Shown: positions 10,078 to 19,610 of the stretch, in pieces
How the letters are laid out: the number at the start of each line of letters is the position of its first letter
Position numbering within the stretch: the stretch's first letter is position 1
IMG/VR virus record: IMGVR_UViG_3300021091_005330
Location: 13,652-77,651 of that record
Reading direction: 5' to 3' (one strand)
DNA length: 64,000 nt
From: a virus
Position numbers and translations under genes: made by a program
The notes under the pieces: model-generated
What the model was told of the DNA's origin: nothing
Seen by the model: the letters and a program-made list of their open reading frames with translations, nothing else
Databases searched by the model: none

Positions 10078-10626
10078 TCACCAAAGATCACTATCTTCAG
10101 ACTCTTCAATTTTTTCTGTAGATTTATTTTGATCTTTAGGATTATTTTTTAGTTTTTTAATTGTTTCAATTCTTTGAGATTCAAATATACAGTTTAAAGC
10201 ATATTGCAAGAACTCTTTGAGAAGTCTAGCCTCATTAAAATAAAATCCTATTAAATAAGATTGCTTGTTTTCACTATTTTGTTTATCGGTTTTATTCACA
10301 ATATAAGAATATCCAACCTGTTTCTCATCCCTTATGTAAGGGCTTAGTTTAATTTGAGTAGATTGTTTTTCTGAAGTGTGATACGCAGAAAATTCAGTAT
10401 TTCTTTCAAGAGCGTCAAGTAGTCCAGCGGCTTCTGTAAGAGCAAATTTAATTTTTACACTTTTGTTTGGATTATTTTGATTTTCGGAAAATGATCCTAT
10501 TTTTTTAGAATCATTCCAGGAGCTCTGTTTAATCAATGAACTCCATATAGATTCGTCTTTTGGGTTAACTGAAAAACTACAGGCTGTCCCTGTATTCTTG
10601 CTATTTGGTTTATAAAATGATATCAT
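10078..10626 (-). CDS. putative ssDNA-binding protein (PC4/Whirly-like)
   Basis: Two repeated beta-beta-helix units, acidic tail ending DSDLW, adjacent to dnaE. Confidence 0.4.
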   Translation of the reverse strand: MISFYKPNSKNTGTACSFSVNPKDESIWSSLIKQSSWNDSKKIGSFSENQNNPNKSVKIKFALTEAAGLLDALERNTEFSAYHTSEKQSTQIKLSPYIRDEKQVGYSYIVNKTDKQNSENKQSYLIGFYFNEARLLKEFLQYALNCIFESQRIETIKKLKNNPKDQNKSTEKIEESEDSDLW

Positions 10627-10632
10627 AATAAT

Positions 10633-10661
10633 ATAGTATCCTATATATAAATATTTGTCAA
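10633..10661 (-). promoter_or_regulatory. sigma70-like promoter, leaderless geometry
   Basis: TTGACA-N17-TACTAT-N6-ATG(10626). Confidence 0.7.
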
Positions 10662-10665
10662 GTTT

Positions 10666-13239
10666 TTATTTAATTTTAAGTTCACTCAATTTCATATATA
10701 TTTTTTGATCTTGAATGGCTATAACCTCTCCAAATACAGCATTATCTTTTTTAGTACCTTTAACAACTACTATATTTTTTTCTTGATAATTTTTATTGTT
10801 ATTAAGAGATTTGTTAGTTTCTATAAAATCATTAAATAAAAGAGTATCTATAGTATTAGTTTCGTCCGTAATTGTTACTCTACAAAATTTAGTTTTTCTT
10901 TCGTTTTGGGCTATGCCAGTATAAACATCTACTATTTCTCCTACAAAGAATAATCTTGTCCCAATAGGGGCATTTAATACTTCGGTAATAGAAAGCAAGT
11001 CTTGCCTTTTATCGGCAAAAATATCTCTCAATGTTTTTTCATAGGTATATCCAAGAAGCCTTCTTTCGTAATACCAATTAGCAAAACTTTCGCTTTTGCT
11101 GTTTTGATTATAAATATCCAAATAAGGCTCATACCTTTTTTTAATGGTTTCGAGTCTGGTAGTTTTAATTATTACTTTACCTTTTTCATCCGTGAATGTA
11201 TTAAGATGTTTTATAATTTTAATTAAATCATAATCAAATTTTTCTCCAAAAGATATAGAAAATTTCTTCTCTTTAACATTTAAAATATTCCATAATTGGG
11301 CCTCTAATACAATTTTACTTCTAGATTGCTTGAACCCAGTTAAAGCCCCTGCCTGTATCAATGAGCATAGTACTCCAATATTTAAATCTGCTTCTTCTGC
11401 GGCTTGGAATATTTCAAATTTATTAGAGTACTTATTTCTAAAACTATTTAATTTTTCTATTGATTTATCTGATATACCTTTAACAGAAAGTAATCCAAAT
11501 CTAATATCTTCATTTTCAATTGAAAAATCCATATCAGATTTAATAATATGAGGTCTAAGAAGTTTTATTCCAAAGGATCCCATTTCTTTTTGAATTTTAG
11601 ATATTTCACCAATAGGATCAGGTTCGTGTCTAGTCATTTTTAACAAAGATAAAAAGAATTGTTTTGGATAGTTAAATTTCAAATATATTGTACATGCTGC
11701 TAAAGCCGCATAAGCAATAGAATGAGATTTATTAAAAGAGTAATTCGCAGAATCTTCTAAAATTTTCCATAAAATATCACCTACTTCTTTTGGTACTTTA
11801 TTATTTTTACATTTTTCTTTAATCTTATTTTTCCACTCTTTAATTTCTTCTACCTTTTTCTTACCCACAATTCTTCTTAGAATTTCTGCTTCATCTAGAG
11901 TAAATCCAATTTTATTAGCCATTTGCATTAATTGTTCTTGATATAATGCTACTCCGCCAGTCTGTTTTAAAATATCATCGAAGAACGGATGTATTCCTTC
12001 GTATTCCTTTGTGTTTGTATATCTAGCGTATGTATCAGCGAAATCTAAAGCTCCAGGTCTAGCCAAAGCTAACACAGCGCTAAGTTCTTCTAAATTTTTA
12101 GGTTTGACTTTTTGACACACTCTAAAGTTTGTATCCGCTTCGATTTGAAATAGTCCATGTGGGGTTTGAAGATCTTGCAGAGATCTATAAATAGATGGAT
12201 CATTTAAGTCTATTTCCGTTATTTTTATGCCTATTTGTTTGCAAACGTCATCTACTACGGAAACGCTTCTTAATCCGAGAATATCTAACTTGATATTAAA
12301 CAAAGAGACCCAATTCATATCAAAAGATGACACCGGTTCTTTATCGCTAGAAAACTCTGTTGGACAAGATTCTTCTAGTTTATTATAAGATAACAATACT
12401 CCAGAAGGATGAACTCCTTTATTCTTAATAAGATTTCTAAGTTTTAAAGCGATTTCATAAGTTTCTTTATTTTCATCACACCATTTTCTGAATTTAGAAA
12501 CTTCTTCATAAGCCTCTTTGATGTCTTTAACTTGACCGAAAATTTTTGGAACCATTCCAGATACCAGGGTCATTTCTTGATCAGATTTTTCTCCGATTAT
12601 TTTTCCACATTCTTTAATTAAAAGTCTTCCGCTCAAACTGTTTAAGGTTAAAATTTTGCTAGTCTTGCCTTTAAATTTTTCTTCTAAATGTTGAAGTACT
12701 TTTTGTCTATTGTAGTAACATATATCTAAATCAACATCACACATCAACGTGCCGTCTAGATACATTACCCCGTTTACTTCTTGTTTTTTTGCTCTAATCT
12801 TAGATATAAATCTTTCAAAATAAAGGTTGTATTTCAAACTGTCTATTTGCGTGACTCCTATTAAAAATAAAATTAATGATCCTGCGGCAGATCCTCTTCC
12901 TAAGCCGACCGGAATATTGTTTTCTTTACAATAATTAATAACATACCAAACGAGTAAGATATAATCTATAAATCCTAATTCTTTAATTGTATCTAATTCG
13001 TATTTAATTCTATTAATATAATTATGATATTCCTCAGAATCCTTTTTAAGATTCAAGCTTTTTAGCCCTTTTAAGGTTAAAGCTCTAAGAAAATCATAAT
13101 TCGACGAGTCTTCGCTAATGCCTACTTCGTGTTTATATTTATCATCTATAATAAATTCTGGTAGCCTTACCCCATGAAGCGGAAGATCTATGTTAGAAAA
13201 ATTGGATTCGAACTTTTTTAAATCAACTAAATTCACCAT
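10666..13239 (-). CDS. dnaE: DNA polymerase III alpha subunit (catalytic part, lacks the PHP domain)
   Basis: GLGRGSAAGSL, FERF, DVDLD, HPSGV, KLDILGL, FQIE, YQEQLM, YSFNKSH, IRFGL..VKG, C-terminal OB fold. Confidence 0.95.
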   Translation of the reverse strand: MVNLVDLKKFESNFSNIDLPLHGVRLPEFIIDDKYKHEVGISEDSSNYDFLRALTLKGLKSLNLKKDSEEYHNYINRIKYELDTIKELGFIDYILLVWYVINYCKENNIPVGLGRGSAAGSLILFLIGVTQIDSLKYNLYFERFISKIRAKKQEVNGVMYLDGTLMCDVDLDICYYNRQKVLQHLEEKFKGKTSKILTLNSLSGRLLIKECGKIIGEKSDQEMTLVSGMVPKIFGQVKDIKEAYEEVSKFRKWCDENKETYEIALKLRNLIKNKGVHPSGVLLSYNKLEESCPTEFSSDKEPVSSFDMNWVSLFNIKLDILGLRSVSVVDDVCKQIGIKITEIDLNDPSIYRSLQDLQTPHGLFQIEADTNFRVCQKVKPKNLEELSAVLALARPGALDFADTYARYTNTKEYEGIHPFFDDILKQTGGVALYQEQLMQMANKIGFTLDEAEILRRIVGKKKVEEIKEWKNKIKEKCKNNKVPKEVGDILWKILEDSANYSFNKSHSIAYAALAACTIYLKFNYPKQFFLSLLKMTRHEPDPIGEISKIQKEMGSFGIKLLRPHIIKSDMDFSIENEDIRFGLLSVKGISDKSIEKLNSFRNKYSNKFEIFQAAEEADLNIGVLCSLIQAGALTGFKQSRSKIVLEAQLWNILNVKEKKFSISFGEKFDYDLIKIIKHLNTFTDEKGKVIIKTTRLETIKKRYEPYLDIYNQNSKSESFANWYYERRLLGYTYEKTLRDIFADKRQDLLSITEVLNAPIGTRLFFVGEIVDVYTGIAQNERKTKFCRVTITDETNTIDTLLFNDFIETNKSLNNNKNYQEKNIVVVKGTKKDNAVFGEVIAIQDQKIYMKLSELKIK

Positions 13240-13438
13240 CGTTTTTCCTTTTATCTATTTCTTCGCTAAAAATTTTTAAACCTTTAGTTAAAATTCTTAG
13301 AGAATCGTCATTTTTAAGATTATAAAAAACATCTGCCTTGCCTTGTTTTTTTCCTTTTTGGATAGCTATCAATAGATATTCTGCTCCAGCTTTATCAAGA
13401 ATATCGATAGAATCATATATGTCGTCCAAAGAGGCCAT
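13223..13438 (-). CDS. hypothetical protein within the polymerase cluster
   Basis: 71-aa ORF packed between the exonuclease gene and dnaE. Confidence 0.65.
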   Translation of the reverse strand: MASLDDIYDSIDILDKAGAEYLLIAIQKGKKQGKADVFYNLKNDDSLRILTKGLKIFSEEIDKRKNDGEFS

Positions 13439-13439
13439 A

Positions 13440-14078
13440 TCAGAGATCCACCTGCCATTTTAATTTATTCCATATTTTTAAATTTAATTCGAGGTCATTC
13501 AAAGCGTCGTGTAGTCTTTCGTAATCGTGATCTATTGCGTTCTCTTTACCTAGTGTGATTAAAGAGCTTTTTACATCTTTTCTTCTTGTGTGATATATTT
13601 TGTATTGATATTCTAGAAAATTCTCTGATCTTTTATATGGAAGATTGTATTTTATGCCTCTAGCTACGCAGTTTGTATCTATGAGTTTATTTACAAGATG
13701 ATCCCAATGACATCCCATTTTTTTGTAAAGTTCTTTAATTAAGTAAATATCAAATCCTAATATATTGTGACCGATGATATAATCTGAATGATCTAGCCAA
13801 TCTTTAATAGTAGGGAAAACTTCTTCTGGTTTCATTCCTAGTTTTTTTACTTTATTATGATCGTATCTAGTTATTCTTGCTGCATCATCACTTATTTTTA
13901 AGTCAGTATCCCAATTAACATAATAGTTTTTGCTATCAGTTTTAAAATCTCCTTTTACTTTAATCATACCAATTTGCCAAGGTAAATTGTGACAAAAATT
14001 TAAACATAAATTAAATGTCTCACAGTCAATAAAAACATAATTTTTATTTTTATCGTATCTTAAAAGATGCTCGTCCAT
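13440..14078 (-). CDS. DnaQ-like (DEDDh) 3'-5' proofreading exonuclease
   Basis: FIDCET (ExoI), GHNILGFD (ExoII), LHDALND (ExoIII). Confidence 0.9.
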   Translation of the reverse strand: MDEHLLRYDKNKNYVFIDCETFNLCLNFCHNLPWQIGMIKVKGDFKTDSKNYYVNWDTDLKISDDAARITRYDHNKVKKLGMKPEEVFPTIKDWLDHSDYIIGHNILGFDIYLIKELYKKMGCHWDHLVNKLIDTNCVARGIKYNLPYKRSENFLEYQYKIYHTRRKDVKSSLITLGKENAIDHDYERLHDALNDLELNLKIWNKLKWQVDL

Positions 14079-14079
14079 T

Positions 14080-14841
14080 TTAGCCTCTTTCTTTCTCTTT
14101 CCAACTTTCGAAAGAAAAGTCGTTACTAGTCATATGTTCAATTTCTGGTTTATTTAAATTAGTTCTTGCATTGATGCATCTAAAAGTCAAGTAAGCTTTA
14201 AAATCTGTTTTTAGTTTATAATAAATACTTTTTACATTAATAATTTGATTTTTATTTTTCGAACAATAATCTATTACTTTTGATTTTATTAAGTTATCGA
14301 ATGGAATATTATTATTTTCAATAAAAAATATAGGGGAGCAGAAGTCTATCTGTGGGGTACAAAGAGTATTTTTTAATACATTATTAAATATGAATGAATC
14401 GTAAAAGGGGACAGAGAGTAATAAATCATTATTATCCCATATAGATTTTAACGTTTTAAAATCTGTTCTTGGTTCATAATAGAAACCATTTTTTGCTGCT
14501 ATACTAAATATTTTAATAAGTCTTTTGTAGCCTTCATTATTTTTAAAAAAAATTACGAACTTAGAATTTTTTACTCTACTCTCTTCGCTTTTGTCCTCTA
14601 GATTATCTGTTACAGTTAATCTTAACCCGTATCTTAAATTAATATTATTTTTCTTGCAATTTGTATAGGCTTGTAAAAAGGATGTCATATTATCTTCTAC
14701 TAGATAAAGATTCTTTAAATTATTTTCTTTTATAATATTAATAATTGAATTGGGATAAAATTCTTCTTGGGCCTCATCTTCAAGAGTCAATATAGATCTA
14801 CCTATGCTATAGTGAGATTTAAATAAAGGTAATGCATCCAT
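14080..14841 (-). CDS. stand-alone PHP domain of DNA polymerase III alpha
   Basis: SHYSIG.S.L, YGLRL, KNNEGYKRL.KI.S.A...GFYY.PR.D match the DnaE N-terminal PHP domain. Confidence 0.85.
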   Translation of the reverse strand: MDALPLFKSHYSIGRSILTLEDEAQEEFYPNSIINIIKENNLKNLYLVEDNMTSFLQAYTNCKKNNINLRYGLRLTVTDNLEDKSEESRVKNSKFVIFFKNNEGYKRLIKIFSIAAKNGFYYEPRTDFKTLKSIWDNNDLLLSVPFYDSFIFNNVLKNTLCTPQIDFCSPIFFIENNNIPFDNLIKSKVIDYCSKNKNQIINVKSIYYKLKTDFKAYLTFRCINARTNLNKPEIEHMTSNDFSFESWKEKERG

Positions 14842-14847
14842 AAGCTA

Positions 14848-14875
14848 ATTATATTTATAATATTTATCTTGTCAA
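14848..14875 (-). promoter_or_regulatory. sigma70-like promoter, leaderless geometry
   Basis: TTGACA-N16-TATAAT-N6-ATG(14841). Confidence 0.65.
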
Positions 14876-15837
14876 TCTAAAAATTCGTCTTTTGTTAGAG
14901 TATTATTTTCTGATTTATTGATAGGCTGCTTCCATCTTGGACAACCATCATATACCCTTTTTTCTACTTTAAATCCATTTAAATTTTTAAATTTACCATC
15001 TAAGCTTGATTCTATTATCTCTCCTTCATTGTTTAATTTAACGTAATATTCATATGAATCTTTATAAGGGCATTTCCATCCTCCAACTTGACACATCCAT
15101 TTATTTTTATCATTATCCGCCGCAAAGTTTGTTTGAGCAGATTTTTCGTCAAATTTATTAATATAATCATTAATGTGTTCTAAATAATATTCAAATCCTT
15201 TGATTTGATCTTCTGTAAAAGTCAATTCTTGGATAGGTTGCTTAGGAAATCTTAAAAATAAGAATTTAACTATTGGTTTTAATTTAGGCCAAGTTTTTAA
15301 ACTAGCTAAACTATACATCATTGCTTGAATATTTGCTTCGAGGTCATCTCCTCTAAATTTATATTTAGAGCTTTTATAATCGATTATATGCATTTCTTTT
15401 TTCTTTTTAATAGGCTTATCAATAAAACCCTTGATATGATACTTGGGAGTTTCATTCTTTATTTCAAATGGGTATTCTGGTTGAATGATTTTACCATCTT
15501 CGCCAAAAAAATCATGTTTTAGTCCTACCATTATCATTTGGTCTAGTATTTCAAAATTAGATTCACTTAATCCGAATTTTGCTTTTAACTTTTTAACTAA
15601 TCTTGTTATGGCTTCACTTCCTTTAATAGAATTTTTCTTTATAATTTTATTAAAATGTCTTTTATGTTTTGAATTTAAGAGTAATTCAAATATAGTGTGA
15701 CAAATCGTTCCTCTGAGTGCGCCATCATTTTGGGTTTGTGGTACTTTAGTGTGATAATTATTCCAATAAACCCAAGAGCAAGTCTCTAGGGTTTTAATTC
15801 TTGAAGCAGATAAAATTTTTAAATTTTTGTCTTCCAT
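14872..15837 (-). CDS. Cas4/RecB-like PD-(D/E)XK exonuclease
   Basis: LSASRI....CSW, RGT.CH, KGFID, IIDYKS, Q..MY, C-terminal cysteines (possible Fe-S cluster). Confidence 0.85.
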   Translation of the reverse strand: MEDKNLKILSASRIKTLETCSWVYWNNYHTKVPQTQNDGALRGTICHTIFELLLNSKHKRHFNKIIKKNSIKGSEAITRLVKKLKAKFGLSESNFEILDQMIMVGLKHDFFGEDGKIIQPEYPFEIKNETPKYHIKGFIDKPIKKKKEMHIIDYKSSKYKFRGDDLEANIQAMMYSLASLKTWPKLKPIVKFLFLRFPKQPIQELTFTEDQIKGFEYYLEHINDYINKFDEKSAQTNFAADNDKNKWMCQVGGWKCPYKDSYEYYVKLNNEGEIIESSLDGKFKNLNGFKVEKRVYDGCPRWKQPINKSENNTLTKDEFLD

Positions 15838-16730
15838 GCTCTTATTTCTTCTATAGACATTTCTCCAAAATCTTTTTTATTTGGTAATTTTATTTCTAAT
15901 TGCTTATTGTCAAAATACCTTAATAATTTTTTAATAGCTTTTTGAGAAGCATTATTTCCGGCATTATTTTTTTCGGCATCATTATTCAGAGAGATATAAA
16001 TTTTATTTGGATCTACTTTAAGTAGAAGATTCAGTATTGATATGCTTATTTCTAACCCAAATGTAACGACAGTATTTTTGATTCCAGCATCCCATAATGA
16101 TAAACAATCACCAATGCTTTCAATAAGATATATTTCTTTATTTTCTTTTAAGTAGTTTAAGTTAAAACACGTTGGATAACACCAATTAGATTTATCTCCA
16201 AGATGTTTCCACTTTATTTTACTTTCATTCGTAATATCTCTTCCAGAAAATCCCACAATTTCTTCTTTACTATTAAAGATGGGGAAAACATATCTATTTT
16301 TCATTTTGCCAGCTTTAGCTAATCCGCCTTTAAATAAATTTAAAGTTTCTACTTGGACTCCTCTATTAATCCAATAAGAATGATTCTTTTCGAGTTTCAA
16401 TAATAGGTCTTTATCAAATGTTTTTTTATCTTTTATTTTTGGTTGGTCTGCTTCGTTGTTATTTATATAAGAATAATTTTTTTCTTTTAGCCATACTTTA
16501 GCTTGATCTTCAGAGTCTAATTTTAAACTTTTTTTAATTAGTAACGGAAAATTTCCACTTATATTTTCTTTAAAATCTACCCAAAAACCTGTGTCTTTGT
16601 ATATTCTTAATACTGTATCATTATCGCTATCTCTATAAAGAGGCTTAGTTCTATACTCTCTTCCATAATCTTTCAAAGAGTAACCAATATTCGTAAGAAT
16701 TTGATATATATTATTTATATTTTCTTCCAT
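15819..16730 (-). CDS. DnaG-like Toprim primase
   Basis: NRYVFPI....IVGFSGR, LIESIGD.LSL, NND....AG, KDFGEM. Confidence 0.85.
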   Translation of the reverse strand: MEENINNIYQILTNIGYSLKDYGREYRTKPLYRDSDNDTVLRIYKDTGFWVDFKENISGNFPLLIKKSLKLDSEDQAKVWLKEKNYSYINNNEADQPKIKDKKTFDKDLLLKLEKNHSYWINRGVQVETLNLFKGGLAKAGKMKNRYVFPIFNSKEEIVGFSGRDITNESKIKWKHLGDKSNWCYPTCFNLNYLKENKEIYLIESIGDCLSLWDAGIKNTVVTFGLEISISILNLLLKVDPNKIYISLNNDAEKNNAGNNASQKAIKKLLRYFDNKQLEIKLPNKKDFGEMSIEEIRAWKTKI

Positions 16731-17374
16731 TCTAATGCCTCAGAGATTATTGGAAATTTTTCTATAAAGATATTTTTACATTCGTCTGCTATAATTCTAT
16801 GTTCTTTTTGAGTGTTCTGTTCTGCTCTTAATTCTATATAATGAACCCAAGATCTCAAATTACCTTTCATATACATCGTAGTTTGAGTAGTTAAGGGAAG
16901 GATCATTCTTGCTACTTCTTTTGCTATTCCGTTCTCTATCATTGTATTATAACAATGATCACTTAAGGATAAAACTTCTGCCACCAAATGATTTAAAGAG
17001 TCATGAGCTGGGTTATTTTTTGGCAATAAATTCTCGCCGACTTGTCTATTTTTATCTCCTTGTAATCTTAATTCTATATCTTCATATTCTGTAGCAGTAC
17101 TATACCTTAAACTAAATTCTTGAAATGAAAAAGATTTATGTCTTAAAATTTGAGCAGCAATAGCTCTACTAGTTTTTATTTCTAAAGTCATATCTACCAT
17201 TTCTAATGGTGACCAATGTTTATGTTTTATTAAAAATTTTAATAATTTAGGCGCAGTTTCTGTATTTATTTGATTCGACGGGTTACTGACTCTAGCGCAA
17301 TAAGCGACTAAATCTTCTGAGTTGATAATCCCTTCAACACTGGGTTGAGTTACAGAAATAAATTTTACATTCAC
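16715..17374 (-). CDS. thyX: FAD-dependent thymidylate synthase
   Basis: HWSPLE, QILRHKSFSFQEFSLRY, E.ARMILP, TQKEHR; GTG start. Confidence 0.95.
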   Translation of the reverse strand: MNVKFISVTQPSVEGIINSEDLVAYCARVSNPSNQINTETAPKLLKFLIKHKHWSPLEMVDMTLEIKTSRAIAAQILRHKSFSFQEFSLRYSTATEYEDIELRLQGDKNRQVGENLLPKNNPAHDSLNHLVAEVLSLSDHCYNTMIENGIAKEVARMILPLTTQTTMYMKGNLRSWVHYIELRAEQNTQKEHRIIADECKNIFIEKFPIISEALEWKKI

Positions 17375-18855
17375 AAAATTTCTCCATCATTTTGGTTTCT
17401 ATCATTTAATTCATACTGCTCTCTTTGCCTTTGAGCGATTGTTAATAACGAACCTCTTTCTTCTATTTTAAAATTATGTACATTATAATTTAAATAATTT
17501 TGAGCCCAAATTTGTTTGCCACTAGCGTCCAGTCTTCTAACCAAATCTTGGTGTCCGGCTGCTTCTTTTCCTTGAAATCTTGTTTTTGTTGGTATTAGTT
17601 TATGAGTGCCAAAGTCTTGACCATCTAGAGCCAGTTCGTCTAATGTCTTTCTCCTAAAGATGGCTACAAAAGAAGCAAACCACTGAAGTCTATCTGACAA
17701 AGCTATGACAGAACTATCGTCCACTACATTGGCAGCGGTTCTATTAAAATTCTCTCCAGTTCTATTTAATTGCATCGCTGTTACAATTGGACATTGTATT
17801 TCTTCTGATATTCTTTTTAACTTATCTATTTTTTGTCCTATCGCTTGATGTTCCGCCCAATTTTGACCAACTTTTTCGCCAGTAAGCTTAACGTAATCAT
17901 AAGCGATCAGAGCTTGATTTCCTCGTCCGACTTTAGAAAGATACCACCTTCTAATAATAGAACAGATCTGATCTATGTTTTTGCTACCGACATGATAATG
18001 ATAATATTCATGATTTTTAATGACAGCCCAAGCAGCTCTAACTTTTGATGTCATTTCCTCGTTCTTTCTCCAATTTCCTGTTTCCAAATACCACATTGGA
18101 ACATCAGTCATAGAAGATATCATCCTTAATTGAATGTCTAGAGTTTGCATCTCTGTATCTAGAACTAGTGTTTTAGTTTTATTTCTTGGAATTTTACTGG
18201 TATTAAAACATATATCATTTATCCAAGTAGATTTTCCTTGACCAGGTCTACTAACAATTGCATAAATATTGCCATTTTTTAATCCTCCATACAGCCTATT
18301 AAATTCTTGATATGGAGTTATTAATCCAACTTCTTCTCTTGGAGAATTTCCAATTTCTTCGATGATATCTTCTACGTTTTCAAAAAGATTTACTGGCTCT
18401 TCATTTGATTCATAAGAAGATATTTTATCGTTGTAAATCGCATCAGCCTCAGATATAATTTTATCTATTGGTTCTTCTCCACTTTCGGCAACATATTTTT
18501 TTAATTTTTCTGCTGTTTCCGCTATCTCTCTTCTTATTCTTAATTTCATTAGCTCTTTACAGGCATTCATTGTGGCTTCTTCTGTTATTTGAGAAAAACT
18601 TAAATTATCTATATAGTCATATATATTAATATCATCTTTAAAAGAAATGCCTAAATTTTTGATTTTTTCTGCTAGTAAAACTTTATCTACTTTTTCTCCT
18701 TTATATTTAGTGTTTTTGTATACAGCATATATAGTAGAATGAACATCATGATAAAAATCATCTTCTGATAGGAAGATGTCTACATCTGTGAATAAATGTT
18801 GATATTTTATTAGCCCGCTTAATACGTGGCGCTCAATCTGAAGAGAATAAATCAT
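17371..18855 (-). CDS. dnaB: replicative DNA helicase
   Basis: Walker A SRPGQGKST, DTEM, YDYVKL, MQLNR, KTRF. Confidence 0.9.
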   Translation of the reverse strand: MIYSLQIERHVLSGLIKYQHLFTDVDIFLSEDDFYHDVHSTIYAVYKNTKYKGEKVDKVLLAEKIKNLGISFKDDINIYDYIDNLSFSQITEEATMNACKELMKLRIRREIAETAEKLKKYVAESGEEPIDKIISEADAIYNDKISSYESNEEPVNLFENVEDIIEEIGNSPREEVGLITPYQEFNRLYGGLKNGNIYAIVSRPGQGKSTWINDICFNTSKIPRNKTKTLVLDTEMQTLDIQLRMISSMTDVPMWYLETGNWRKNEEMTSKVRAAWAVIKNHEYYHYHVGSKNIDQICSIIRRWYLSKVGRGNQALIAYDYVKLTGEKVGQNWAEHQAIGQKIDKLKRISEEIQCPIVTAMQLNRTGENFNRTAANVVDDSSVIALSDRLQWFASFVAIFRRKTLDELALDGQDFGTHKLIPTKTRFQGKEAAGHQDLVRRLDASGKQIWAQNYLNYNVHNFKIEERGSLLTIAQRQREQYELNDRNQNDGEIL

Positions 18856-18862
18856 CTCTATA

Positions 18863-18891
18863 ATGATATCTATTTATATTTTAAAAGTCAA
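18863..18891 (-). promoter_or_regulatory. sigma70-like promoter, leaderless geometry
   Basis: TTGACT-N17-TATCAT-N7-ATG(18855). Confidence 0.7.
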
Positions 18892-18899
18892 GTAAAGTA

Positions 18900-19175
18900 T
18901 TAATCTTCTGATTCTTCGTCTTCTTGGCTATTATGTTTATTGTTTTCTCTGTTTATTGCATCAGCCGTAGCGTCTATATTCATTTGATCCACGGTGCTAA
19001 TCCATGAGCCTAAATAATATAGCAAAGCCATAGCATTCATTTGATTGTCAAATTTTGTAAAAACTTGTGGGTCTCCTTGAGAATTAAAATTAAATAAAAT
19101 ATATCCTCCAAAACTACATTCGTCTAGCTGTTTAAGAAGATTATTTGGAAAGTTAAACTTTTTTTTATTTGTCAC
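18900..19175 (-). CDS. hypothetical protein with acidic tail
   Basis: GTG at 19175 lies 9 nt after a minus-strand GTGTAA (19185-19190). Confidence 0.65.
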   Translation of the reverse strand: MTNKKKFNFPNNLLKQLDECSFGGYILFNFNSQGDPQVFTKFDNQMNAMALLYYLGSWISTVDQMNIDATADAINRENNKHNSQEDEESED

Positions 19176-19190
19176 CAACAATTTTTACAC

Positions 19191-19610
19191 TTAAATAATT
19201 AAAATTCCACATTTTTCTTCTATATATTCTGGTGATAAATTTGTTAAATCATTTTCGTACAACTCTAAGAATTTAAAATTATTCATCTCTAGCCATTTAA
19301 CTTTTTGAACATCTCGTTTGATGCTTTGTAAATATTTTAATCTAGAGTTTTCGTGAAAAAATTTATTAAATGATTCATGTTGATTTCCTTGTATCTCAAC
19401 AGCTATTCGTTTTGTTGCATTTAAAAAATCAACTTTAAGCATTGTCCCATATACAGGAAACTCTTCATAAACTATATGGTTTCTCCAAAGTGGGTAAAAG
19501 AAATTTTTAAACTCTAATTGTAGTTTGCTTCTGCTTTTGCCCTGCCAGTCTATTAAATTTTTTCTTACATTTTTATTAACGAGTTTACCGTTAATATTTA
19601 ATAATCTCAT
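19191..19610 (-). CDS. DUF559/Vsr-like PD-(D/E)XK endonuclease
   Basis: YEEFP, VDF....IAVEIQG.QH, RD..K..W...N. Confidence 0.75.
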   Translation of the reverse strand: MRLLNINGKLVNKNVRKNLIDWQGKSRSKLQLEFKNFFYPLWRNHIVYEEFPVYGTMLKVDFLNATKRIAVEIQGNQHESFNKFFHENSRLKYLQSIKRDVQKVKWLEMNNFKFLELYENDLTNLSPEYIEEKCGILII

